DNA from: a virus
Lineage: Duplodnaviria > Caudoviricetes
Length of the DNA stretch: 46,650 nt
Reading direction: 5' to 3' (one strand)
IMG/VR virus record: IMGVR_UViG_3300025429_000029
Span: 1-46,650 of that record
The translations under genes were made by a program, and so were the position numbers. Shown one piece after another: positions 38,810 through 46,648 of this stretch. Numbering within the stretch: position 1 is the stretch's first letter; the number at the start of each line of letters is the position of its first letter. Under the pieces are notes generated by a model. The model was not told where the DNA came from and did no database searches. It saw only the letters and a list, made by a program, of their open reading frames with translations.

Positions 38810-40075
38810 TTAGTCCTCGTAGTAGGCATGGACACCAAACGGTGGTTCAATGTCCTTGCGATACTTGTTATGAATGATCCACACAGTATCACAATAGTCA
38901 GCGTCCCCCCAAGAACCAAAGGGTTCGCCATCGGTAAAGACAATAAGCAACTTAGGTTCAATTGCTTCAATCTTCATCCAATTCCAGTTTACTTCAAAGT
39001 CAGTTCCACCAAAGCCCCTAGCTTCATAGTTTACAAGTTCATCACCATCAGCAGTTGTGTAATCAACTGGATTGTGGATTTGTGTATCAAAACACCAAAT
39101 CTTAACCTTGTAATCATCATAAGACTGCATGATACCGTTGACTTCACTAAAGAAGTTATTCAATTGTTCTTGACCAATTGAGCCGCTAGTATCAATAGCC
39201 ACGCAAACATCAATAGCTTGATCTTTACGCATGTTAGGCAAAACAAATCCTTGTGAGAACATTTTCTTGTTAGGAATAGTCCAAGTGTAATCATTCTTAA
39301 CAGTAGATTGGATTTGTTGTGTAATGAGTTCACGCCAGTTGATTTTAGGTTGGGTAAGTTCATTAATCATACGCTTGACGTTGCCAGGAACATCGCCAGC
39401 GCCAGCACTTTGTGCTGCTGCAAGCATGGCTTCTTTGAACTCGTCTTTAATTTTTTGACGTTCTTCATTAGACAGCACAGGACGACCCTTGCCATCTTTA
39501 TCGCCATCTTTACCTTCGCCATCGCCACTGCCCTTGCCATCCTTTTCAGGATCAAGATGGTCATCAAGCAATTGGTCAAGCAAATCTTCGACGTTGATTT
39601 TCTGTGCGTTCTTGATCAAGTCTTCATAAACTTGTTCAAAGTTCCAATCGTCATATTTGCGATCATGCAGAACAGGCACAACAGTAATACGTTGACCAAG
39701 GTTATACTTGATGCAGTCAGCATTAACCACATAGTCCATAGCGATGTTAGCAAGATCACGCTGATAACCACGACCACGGTTCATGTGATCATAAGCGCAG
39801 TGAAGCAACTCATGGCAGAACAAAAACATCATTTGATTAGTAGGCAATTTCAGGATGAAGTCGCTGTTATAATAAAAGTGACGACCATCGGTTGCGGCGG
39901 TTGTGAGCCAACTATCTGCATTTACCAATTTAAGACGCATAGCAAGATTGCCAAAAAATGGTTGTTTAAGCACAAGAGCAATACGAGCCTTGAGAATTGC
40001 TTGACGTGCATTATGGTCAAGCGTTTGGTCAATCGTATCGGACAATTTGCCTGCACCTTGTTTCATTTTAGCCAT
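38810..40075 (-). CDS. VWA-domain protein with N-terminal putative metallopeptidase (DUF2201-like)
   Basis: PFFG, TAATDG and HELLH (HExxH); MIDAS motif DTSGS, GGTDF and FTDG. Confidence 0.88.
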   Translation of the reverse strand: MAKMKQGAGKLSDTIDQTLDHNARQAILKARIALVLKQPFFGNLAMRLKLVNADSWLTTAATDGRHFYYNSDFILKLPTNQMMFLFCHELLHCAYDHMNRGRGYQRDLANIAMDYVVNADCIKYNLGQRITVVPVLHDRKYDDWNFEQVYEDLIKNAQKINVEDLLDQLLDDHLDPEKDGKGSGDGEGKDGDKDGKGRPVLSNEERQKIKDEFKEAMLAAAQSAGAGDVPGNVKRMINELTQPKINWRELITQQIQSTVKNDYTWTIPNKKMFSQGFVLPNMRKDQAIDVCVAIDTSGSIGQEQLNNFFSEVNGIMQSYDDYKVKIWCFDTQIHNPVDYTTADGDELVNYEARGFGGTDFEVNWNWMKIEAIEPKLLIVFTDGEPFGSWGDADYCDTVWIIHNKYRKDIEPPFGVHAYYED

Positions 40076-40099
40076 AATTGTTCTCCTATCAATATATAC

Positions 40100-40127
40100 A
40101 TAATATCACATAATCTTATTATGTCAA
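40100..40127 (-). promoter_or_regulatory. Sigma70-type promoter
   Basis: TTGACA, 16 bp, TGa-TATTAT; AGGAG RBS downstream. Confidence 0.7.
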
Positions 40128-40168
40128 AAGAAAAATAGGGGGGAAGTGCTGCGAACACTACCCCCCTA
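40126..40168 (-). terminator. Rho-independent terminator
   Basis: TAGGGGGG..CCCCCCTA stem (40136-40168) followed by TTTTTCTTTT on the - strand. Confidence 0.75.
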
Positions 40169-40240
40169 ACTGTAGGAAAAATCACACATTTTTCCTACGT
40201 TATCTCGCCCTCACTGTGATGGAGAACGATAGGGGCGAGA

Positions 40241-41368
40241 TTAGTCACGCACCGCCGCCAGAATGAAATCGCCATTCTTGGCATGGTATTCCTTATAGTG
40301 TGCCATTTTGCTTGTTTTCATCGGCAACTTATAGTTACGAAGAATAGTAGCAAGCATCATAACTTGCAATTCCGTATCCATGTTATCAAGGAAAAATCGG
40401 AATACGTTGTCAAGTTCGTTATGCCAAGCAACATTTTCACTATCTTTCATGCGTTCACCGCCGCGACGTTCAAAGCTATCCTTGAGTTCATAGCAGCAAG
40501 AAACGGTAAGAGAATATTTTGCACCGATATCTTTTGCCTTGAGTTCTTTGACTTTGCCAGAAAGGATATCACTTGGGTTTGGCATTTGACTTGCAACCTT
40601 ACGATGGGCTGCAAATTTAAGTGCAACACCTTCACCAACCGTGCCAGCAACAAGGTCATTCAATTCGGTATCATTAAGGTCTTCTTGTAGAAGATCGCTC
40701 ACAAATGACCAAGAACGAGGAGTAGCAAAAGATGCACCGCTTGAACGTGGATCAAAATTGAACAAATCACCTTTGTTACAAGTCACATAAGCCACAACGT
40801 CAGGATTGATATCGTGATTAAGTGCCCAATCATTCCATGATTCGAAGTCAACACGCAAGTTCAAGTGAACAAAACGGTTAGCAAGAGGTGATGGCATACG
40901 ATACACAACACCACGATCAGTATCACGGTTACCAGCAGCAACGATAACAACATTATCAGGAAGTTCATAAGTGCCAACACGACGATTAAGAACCAACTGA
41001 TATGCAGCAGCCTGCGTAGCAGGTGCGGCACTATTCATTTCGTCAAGAAAAAGTACCACAACAGGATACTTTGCGGCTTCTTCGGCTGTTGGCAGATCAG
41101 GCGGTGCATTCCACATAGCATTACCAACAGTAGGATTGTAGTAGAGAACACCCTTCAAGTCAGAAGGGTCCATGAGTGCAAGACGCAAGTCATACAACTT
41201 GCCGCCCATGCTTTCACAAATATCAGCAACCAGTTCAGACTTGCCGATACCAGGCGCACCCCACAAGAAGATAGGACGCTTACGCTTCATACATACCATA
41301 ATTTCACGCTTCGCAGAAGCAAGCGTAACTGTCCGAATTTCGGACACCGCATCATTAACTTTAGCCAT
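40241..41368 (-). CDS. MoxR-like AAA+ ATPase
   Basis: Walker A GAPGIGKS, Walker B LFLDEMN, AAGNR, LANRF and TPRSW. Confidence 0.92.
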   Translation of the reverse strand: MAKVNDAVSEIRTVTLASAKREIMVCMKRKRPIFLWGAPGIGKSELVADICESMGGKLYDLRLALMDPSDLKGVLYYNPTVGNAMWNAPPDLPTAEEAAKYPVVVLFLDEMNSAAPATQAAAYQLVLNRRVGTYELPDNVVIVAAGNRDTDRGVVYRMPSPLANRFVHLNLRVDFESWNDWALNHDINPDVVAYVTCNKGDLFNFDPRSSGASFATPRSWSFVSDLLQEDLNDTELNDLVAGTVGEGVALKFAAHRKVASQMPNPSDILSGKVKELKAKDIGAKYSLTVSCCYELKDSFERRGGERMKDSENVAWHNELDNVFRFFLDNMDTELQVMMLATILRNYKLPMKTSKMAHYKEYHAKNGDFILAAVRD

Positions 41369-41397
41369 TTGTTTTCTCCATCAGTTGACTATAATTC

Positions 41398-41425
41398 ATA
41401 ATAACATATTATTCGTGGTTGTCAA
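41398..41425 (-). promoter_or_regulatory. Sigma70-type promoter
   Basis: TTGACA, 16 bp, TGt-TATTAT; GGAG RBS downstream. Confidence 0.7.
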
Positions 41426-42101
41426 GCACTTTTTTTGTCTCTAAAACGGGAAAAATTTTCAATTTAATACGGACATAGTGCAGTCTTGTCTGGTAATCGT
41501 CATCATGTTTATGCACACGGGCTGTCAAAATAATGACACTTTCACGTTCCATTTTTTCACTTAATGGAAAGCATACGAGGCACCCGTCTTCTGTAACTCC
41601 AGTATGATACCATTTGTTATAATTATAACTAAAAACTGCTGATTTTATAGTGACTTTTGCCTCAATATTGTCGCCAATTTTGCCAATATGACGGCTATTT
41701 TCTTTCAAAATACGAATTTCATCACGTGCATTTTCACGTCCAATAGCATTATTATAAGAATTTGGAACACTAGCAATTAGTGCTAAGGTCTTGAAATCAT
41801 TAGCAGAAATTTCTTTTTGTTCAGTAAGTAGAACCAAGTTTTTCCAATAGTCGTGCAGAGTGCCACTAATAAGTTCAATCATTTTGCTATCAAGATATTC
41901 CATAATTTCTGTTGCATTTTCAATATCTTGCGACAAAACATTAACGTGCTCAATTTCAGGGTTGAGAATATCACGCATAAGTGCGCCGTTGCTTTCCTCA
42001 CCTTTTGCTTTGTCAGCGTCATACCGTTTGATATAACGACCATTGATCCGTTGTGCCGCACAAGCAGCCGAAATAGCATCTTTTAGTTTAATATGTGTCA
42101 T
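41409..42101 (-). CDS. Hypothetical protein with possible C-terminal OB-fold
   Basis: 230 aa; SRHIGKIGD followed by a beta-rich segment ending QTRLHYV; ATGA overlap with the upstream small gene. Confidence 0.7.
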   Translation of the reverse strand: MTHIKLKDAISAACAAQRINGRYIKRYDADKAKGEESNGALMRDILNPEIEHVNVLSQDIENATEIMEYLDSKMIELISGTLHDYWKNLVLLTEQKEISANDFKTLALIASVPNSYNNAIGRENARDEIRILKENSRHIGKIGDNIEAKVTIKSAVFSYNYNKWYHTGVTEDGCLVCFPLSEKMERESVIILTARVHKHDDDYQTRLHYVRIKLKIFPVLETKKVLDNHE

Positions 42102-42214
42102 TTTGCACCTTTATGCTTGTTTTTACGGCTATAACTACCCTTGCCCTTGCGGGGGGTAACAATTTTTTGACGGTATTTGGGGTCCGTTAGGGACTTTGCA
42201 ATAAGGCTACGCAT
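42098..42214 (-). CDS. arfA: ArfA-like alternative ribosome-rescue factor (38 aa, missing from the ORF track)
   Basis: Translated by hand: MRSLIAKSLTDPKYRQKIVTPRKGKGSYSRKNKHKGAK*. Shows L.DP.[FY]RQ and KGKGSY.RK.KH with ArfA spacing, a GGAG SD and its own promoter. Confidence 0.8.
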   Translation of the reverse strand: MRSLIAKSLTDPKYRQKIVTPRKGKGSYSRKNKHKGAK

Positions 42215-42238
42215 CGCTAGTTCTCCATCTATAATGCT

Positions 42239-42266
42239 AATTTAGCATATTTTTTGGATTTGTCAA
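42239..42266 (-). promoter_or_regulatory. Sigma70-type promoter with a palindrome over the -10 box
   Basis: TTGACA, 16 bp, TGc-TAAATT; palindrome ATGCTAA-T-TTAGCAT at 42234-42248. Confidence 0.65.
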
Positions 42267-42643
42267 CCTAAAGTTTCTATGGCTTGGCGTAAATTTCCGT
42301 CACAAATTGCCAATAATGTAGATAATTCTCCATCTATTAGGAATAGTTCCCCACTACTCATTTTCAAAAACCAAGGAAACTTGTGGTAACGATCCATTAG
42401 AACTAATTCTTTGCCATTAATTTGATACTTTTTCTTATCAATATTATGTTTATAAAATTTATAACCTGCGTTTGTTAATAATTCAAAAGCAGTATTGTTT
42501 AATCTAAATCCAAAGTTTTTGTTATTATGATACCAGTATAGCACGTAAATATTTTTAAGATTAGTGTTAGGAATAGGCGAATTTTCACCATGTGCTAAAT
42601 GATATAATTCATGTGTCCAATCAGTTTTAGATTTGTCTTTCAT
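42263..42643 (-). CDS. Hypothetical protein
   Basis: 126 aa; W..GFRL..F, LMDRY..PWF. Confidence 0.7.
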   Translation of the reverse strand: MKDKSKTDWTHELYHLAHGENSPIPNTNLKNIYVLYWYHNNKNFGFRLNNTAFELLTNAGYKFYKHNIDKKKYQINGKELVLMDRYHKFPWFLKMSSGELFLIDGELSTLLAICDGNLRQAIETLG

Positions 42644-42933
42644 TTTGTTGGATAAACAGCGGCACCACTGTTTAACAACACAACACTAAAACGATTGGTT
42701 TTGAATTGTGTATTCAACTTTTTACATAAATTAATTGCATGACCTGGATTTGAAAAACTTGACTTTTTATACTTTGGTCCGCTATATTGTGCTAACATAC
42801 TTGTTGTTTTAAGATTTACTGGTTTATTATCAAGAAAGATTGCCCAAATACCTTCACTAGCCAGAACTTGTTCTGACTTGTATGTTTGCTTATTTGTAAT
42901 TTCAAGTAGTACTTGAGGCTTTGGTCTAGACAT
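42640..42933 (-). CDS. Small basic conserved phage protein
   Basis: MSRPKP.VLLE..GPKYKK.SFSNPGHA.NL; preceded by GATAAATA. Confidence 0.75.
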   Translation of the reverse strand: MSRPKPQVLLEITNKQTYKSEQVLASEGIWAIFLDNKPVNLKTTSMLAQYSGPKYKKSSFSNPGHAINLCKKLNTQFKTNRFSVVLLNSGAAVYPTK

Positions 42934-42952
42934 AATTGATAATCTTACAATA

Positions 42953-42958
42953 TATTTA
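42953..42958 (-). promoter_or_regulatory. Putative late promoter (TAAATA)
   Basis: Intergenic GATAAATA ~20 nt upstream of the ATG at 42933. Confidence 0.55.
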
Positions 42959-42974
42959 TCGGATCGATTCGATC

Positions 42975-43196
42975 CTAAAAATCTTTCCCTATCATTTCTA
43001 CCTGCAAGTTTTCATTATTGTTAATTTTTTCTTGTAAATCGGTGTTATATCCTTCAATTTCAACGATATATGAAAATATGTCAGCAAACTCAACAATCAA
43101 ATTTTTTGCAGTTTCTTTATCAATAACTACCGTTTGATTGATGTTTTCAAGTTTTTGTATTAGGTTTCTTGTGTGAAATGTTCTAGGCGGTCTCAC
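42975..43196 (-). CDS. Hypothetical protein
   Basis: 73 aa, GTG start overlapping the upstream gene. Confidence 0.55.
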   Translation of the reverse strand: MRPPRTFHTRNLIQKLENINQTVVIDKETAKNLIVEFADIFSYIVEIEGYNTDLQEKINNNENLQVEMIGKDF

Positions 43197-43659
43197 TATT
43201 CATAATCCTCAATTGTTCTAATTGCTCAATCTTAGTTCTAAATGGACCTTCATACTCATAACGCTGTATTGTAATTAGTTTTGGCGTATATTCTGGAACA
43301 AATACCTTATTATATTTTACAATATAATAGCCAGCGCAGTAATAACTGCTACTCTTTTCGTTCTTTGTATAAACAGGACATTTTAATTTTACATTCCACA
43401 ATATATTGTGTGGAGTGTGATTTGTAGGAAAATCATAAACTGTATTTTCTACAGCAGGTTTTGTATCACGACTGCGACGAACAAACTTAATATCTTTTTG
43501 TGCAACCATTTCTTGCATATCAGGATAGATTTCAACAGTGTCTTCCATTGTGCAACGAACACCGCTTGTGGTTTGCGCAATGTTTCCAATACGCTCACCA
43601 CGATCATTTTCAATAATCCAAAAACGGTTTTCTACAATATTTTTAGCCTTGAGTGACAT
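43183..43659 (-). CDS. Hypothetical protein
   Basis: 158 aa; FWII, P.YTK..KS.SYYCAGYY, PKLIT.QRY.Y.GPF. Confidence 0.75.
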   Translation of the reverse strand: MSLKAKNIVENRFWIIENDRGERIGNIAQTTSGVRCTMEDTVEIYPDMQEMVAQKDIKFVRRSRDTKPAVENTVYDFPTNHTPHNILWNVKLKCPVYTKNEKSSSYYCAGYYIVKYNKVFVPEYTPKLITIQRYEYEGPFRTKIEQLEQLRIMNSETA

Positions 43660-43861
43660 CTTTAGTATTTCCTTGTATCATATCTTTAAGTGTATCATAT
43701 TTGCTACGAACATACAAATATGAACTCCACCCAAGTGCGCCAGCAATATAAACTCCTGTATTTTGGATGTTATAAAATAATGATAAAACTGCCATTAATA
43801 CAAAACATGTTAACAACATGTAAGAAATGGTCAAGTCAATAGTGCGTAAAATCTTATCCAT
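43643..43861 (-). CDS. Small membrane protein
   Basis: Two hydrophobic segments; ATG 43861 follows AGGAG. Confidence 0.6.
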   Translation of the reverse strand: MDKILRTIDLTISYMLLTCFVLMAVLSLFYNIQNTGVYIAGALGWSSYLYVRSKYDTLKDMIQGNTKDVTQG

Positions 43862-44852
43862 ATACGGTCTCCTGTAGTGGTTTTGCCATAATATCGGCAA
43901 TAGGTTGAACATTTTCTGATAACTTTACAAGTTCCCATTTACTGCAGAACTTGATAAGATGTGTGCCAATTTGCTTATTACTCTTTGGCACAACTTTCAT
44001 AAGTGCTTCGTCAATACTATCACGAATATGTTCAGGCTGTGCTGTTAAGTCAATAAGCATACGATTTTGCTCATAACGATCAAGCACACGATGTTCTACG
44101 CCTTCGTGGTCAGTCCAACGTTGCAACATCATGTTATTCCAAGCCCACCCACGTTTATCACGGTCAGCAAATGCTTCTGCAAGTCCAACTTTTTTGGTGC
44201 TGCCTTTAGTGCGAACACCAGGATAAGCACTCATAATATTATCAGTAGGATCACCACGCATACATTTTTCAAACAGCACAAACTTAGGATCATCTACAAC
44301 TTTAGATTTTTTAGTTTTATTGTCAATAACTTCTTTACCATTATCATCAAAATATCCATTAAGTGTAATATGTTGATTGGTCAAGCCGTTGTAAATGGTG
44401 CATTTATCAGATAACAACTGATAAAAGTCGCTGTCATTACTTAAAATAACATGTTCATCTTGCGGATGCAGCGCAACCCAACGTGCAATAATATCATCTG
44501 CCTCTGCACGTGAAACCTTTATAACGCTGCAATTTGTTTTACTATCTACCCATTTTGTAAAGTCTTCATAAGCAGACCAAAATTCGGCATCTTCTTCTGA
44601 CTCACGTTGTGTCATTTTAGATTTAATATCAGCACGATTTGCTTTATAAGCACTTTGGGCATCTTTGCGCCAACTACGACTTTCTAGTGCAAATATTACA
44701 TGATCAGGACGATGCAGTCGATTGACCTTTTGTATTACACTAAACATAATATGTAGCGCAAGACCAATTTTCTGCCATGTATCAGTTCCACGATGCGTGG
44801 AATGACGTGCACGTGCAAATAAGTTAGCAGTATCTACAAGCAGATATTTCAT
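43854..44852 (-). CDS. rnh: T4 RNase H-like 5'-3' exonuclease (FEN/PIN family)
   Basis: LLVD..N, SWRK..YKANR, EADDII, SNDSDFYQL and GDPTDNI. Confidence 0.88.
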   Translation of the reverse strand: MKYLLVDTANLFARARHSTHRGTDTWQKIGLALHIMFSVIQKVNRLHRPDHVIFALESRSWRKDAQSAYKANRADIKSKMTQRESEEDAEFWSAYEDFTKWVDSKTNCSVIKVSRAEADDIIARWVALHPQDEHVILSNDSDFYQLLSDKCTIYNGLTNQHITLNGYFDDNGKEVIDNKTKKSKVVDDPKFVLFEKCMRGDPTDNIMSAYPGVRTKGSTKKVGLAEAFADRDKRGWAWNNMMLQRWTDHEGVEHRVLDRYEQNRMLIDLTAQPEHIRDSIDEALMKVVPKSNKQIGTHLIKFCSKWELVKLSENVQPIADIMAKPLQETVYG

Positions 44853-44861
44853 AATAACACC

Positions 44862-44890
44862 AATATAATATACGGAGTTTAATTTGTCAA
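44862..44890 (-). promoter_or_regulatory. Sigma70-type promoter
   Basis: TTGACA, 17 bp, TATATT; ATG 9 nt downstream of the -10 box. Confidence 0.65.
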
Positions 44891-44893
44891 GGG

Positions 44894-45337
44894 TTATTTT
44901 ACTTCTGTTCTGCCATCGCCTAGATTGGTTCTAGTGACATAACGAGTATTATCTAGGTTTGGTGGATTTTGCTCATTTGTGCGCAAAATATTACGTGCTA
45001 CATCATTTAACCATGTATCAACCAAATCTTCGGGACTTGAGCCACGATATCCATTTGAACGCAACATTTCAATAAACTCTGCATTCCAATCTAATTCCAT
45101 ACTACCCATGCTTGGGTTTTGTGGATCGAAATCAAATCCAAGCACAGTAATGCGTGGTTCTTCTTTTTTTGGTTTTTCTTTTTTAACTCTTGGTTTGCGA
45201 GTTTTTGTTGGTTTTGGTTCACTGCTAGTTTCAGTAACGGCTGGTGGTGCGCTTTCTTCAATTACAGTAGAGGCGTCAGCGGTTTTATTAATTTCAGTTT
45301 TATTTGATTTACCAAATAGTTTGTCAAGTAATCTCAT
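44894..45337 (-). CDS. Hypothetical protein
   Basis: 147 aa; conserved-looking ELDWN..FI..L...GY.G...E..VD.W. Confidence 0.75.
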   Translation of the reverse strand: MRLLDKLFGKSNKTEINKTADASTVIEESAPPAVTETSSEPKPTKTRKPRVKKEKPKKEEPRITVLGFDFDPQNPSMGSMELDWNAEFIEMLRSNGYRGSSPEDLVDTWLNDVARNILRTNEQNPPNLDNTRYVTRTNLGDGRTEVK

Positions 45338-45348
45338 TTATCACCTTA

Positions 45349-45666
45349 TTAATTTGGTACACGGTAACAGCGGCGTTGAGTTCCAAGAAAATTTCCAAAA
45401 CGATCAAAAATTTCTTCACGACGACATTCGGTGTGGTAATAATTTTCATCATCATAACGTGGTTGATTTGCAATAGCACCACCAACCATACCACCGATTA
45501 TAAGACCACCAATAAGTGGCGCAACCCAATTACCGCCACCACGATTTTCATAATGTCCATAACCAGGACGTGGACCTTCGTAACGACGATCACGCCACTG
45601 TGCGTTTGCTGTCGTTGCAGAAAGTAAGGTGACGCTTGCAAGTAGGATTGCTAAAGTCTTGCGCAT
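45349..45666 (-). CDS. Exported protein with signal peptide and glycine-zipper segment
   Basis: MRKTLAILLASVTLLSATTANA signal peptide; GGLIIGGMVGGAIA; two Cys; ATG 45666 follows GGAG. Confidence 0.75.
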   Translation of the reverse strand: MRKTLAILLASVTLLSATTANAQWRDRRYEGPRPGYGHYENRGGGNWVAPLIGGLIIGGMVGGAIANQPRYDDENYYHTECRREEIFDRFGNFLGTQRRCYRVPN

Positions 45667-45691
45667 AGTGGTTCTCCAATTAACTATAACC

Positions 45692-45719
45692 AATATAACA
45701 TATTTATCGGGCTTGTCAA
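45692..45719 (-). promoter_or_regulatory. Sigma70-type promoter with an embedded TAAATA
   Basis: TTGACA, 16 bp, TGt-TATATT; GATAAATA lies in the spacer. Confidence 0.7.
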
Positions 45720-45722
45720 GGG

Positions 45723-45956
45723 TTAATTTAAGTATGGGCGATATTTTGCCTCAAAATCTTCAATATATCTTTTAGCACTTGATTTTAGGACAATTTTCTC
45801 ATCTTCCATGCCTTCGGGAACTTCTGTGCCTAGATACTCGTATAATTCATGCGCCTTTACGTATTTTTTACCATTTTGTACTTCTTGCTGTATGTATTTT
45901 AATATAAAATACTCAACTTCTTCATCAGTCAAATCTAGTTCTTCTTGGTTATTCAT
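45723..45956 (-). CDS. Hypothetical protein
   Basis: 77-aa acidic ORF coupled to the upstream gene. Confidence 0.65.
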   Translation of the reverse strand: MNNQEELDLTDEEVEYFILKYIQQEVQNGKKYVKAHELYEYLGTEVPEGMEDEKIVLKSSAKRYIEDFEAKYRPYLN

Positions 45957-46209
45957 TTGCGACCTGCAATAATGTTAAGTAAATTTTCCATGCTTCTTCT
46001 AAAGATGGATTTTGTTTACGAAGTGATTTTTGTTTTGAATAAGGAATGTTAAAAAATAAATTATCGTTACTATCAGGTAGTGCGTTATCAACCCATGTTA
46101 ATAGATTTTGATTGCGAGCATTAGCAAAATTTCGCCAACCTGCACTATCCTGTGGGATAGTTCGTCCTGTATCATACTCAAAATCATAGTCGTATTGAGT
46201 GGTGCTCAC
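45949..46209 (-). CDS. Hypothetical protein
   Basis: 86 aa; ends LRKQNPSLEEAWKIY. Confidence 0.65.
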   Translation of the reverse strand: MSTTQYDYDFEYDTGRTIPQDSAGWRNFANARNQNLLTWVDNALPDSNDNLFFNIPYSKQKSLRKQNPSLEEAWKIYLTLLQVANE

Positions 46210-46499
46210 CTATTACTTATCACATATTGAACTATGACTTCACTTAATCGTTCACCAAAATTTTCACCCTCGTTGATAACATGCAGTTCATGCATAAAAC
46301 GATCTTTGCGCTCATCCCAGCGTTGAAACTCTACAATATATCCACCATTGGCAACATGCAATTTCATATTGATACCATTAGCATCAATTGTGTTTTCTTT
46401 AATTTTTTTAATATTAGAAAGATTTACCACGCTTTCTTCGTTTGCTGTATCCCAAGCCTTTTTTGCTTGTTTAAGAAACCATCGATCAAACCACTTCAT
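46206..46499 (-). CDS. Hypothetical protein
   Basis: 97 aa; ANGGYIVEF..LHVI. Confidence 0.7.
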   Translation of the reverse strand: MKWFDRWFLKQAKKAWDTANEESVVNLSNIKKIKENTIDANGINMKLHVANGGYIVEFQRWDERKDRFMHELHVINEGENFGERLSEVIVQYVISNR

Positions 46500-46648
46500 A
46501 CTTCTAAGCCATCCTTTGGAAAAAACTTTAACTTCATAGCAGCATAAGTTGCCGCTTCTTCATTTTTAAAAATTATTTGAACTTTGTCTAAACCACAAGT
46601 TGAAAAAAAGAAATCTTCGTTATATTTGTAACCCGCTTCACCTAACGC
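46496..46648 (-). CDS. Hypothetical protein, 5'-truncated by the window edge
   Basis: Translated by hand: ..ALGEAGYKYNEDFFFSTCGLDKVQIIFKNEEAATYAAMKLKFFPKDGLEV*, with an ATGA overlap into the next gene. Confidence 0.6.
   Translation of the reverse strand, partial: ALGEAGYKYNEDFFFSTCGLDKVQIIFKNEEAATYAAMKLKFFPKDGLEV

Noticed and set aside
38669-39181. 170-aa + strand ORF and the 76-aa - strand ORF at 38740-38970
   Set aside because: They overlap well-supported genes and run through a clear terminator.
39308-40138. 276-aa + strand ORF
   Set aside because: Antisense shadow of the VWA gene caused by codon bias; no recognisable motifs.
40136-40241. tRNA or CRISPR array in the hairpin-rich intergenic region
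   Set aside because: No cloverleaf, T-loop or CCA end, and no repeat-spacer periodicity.
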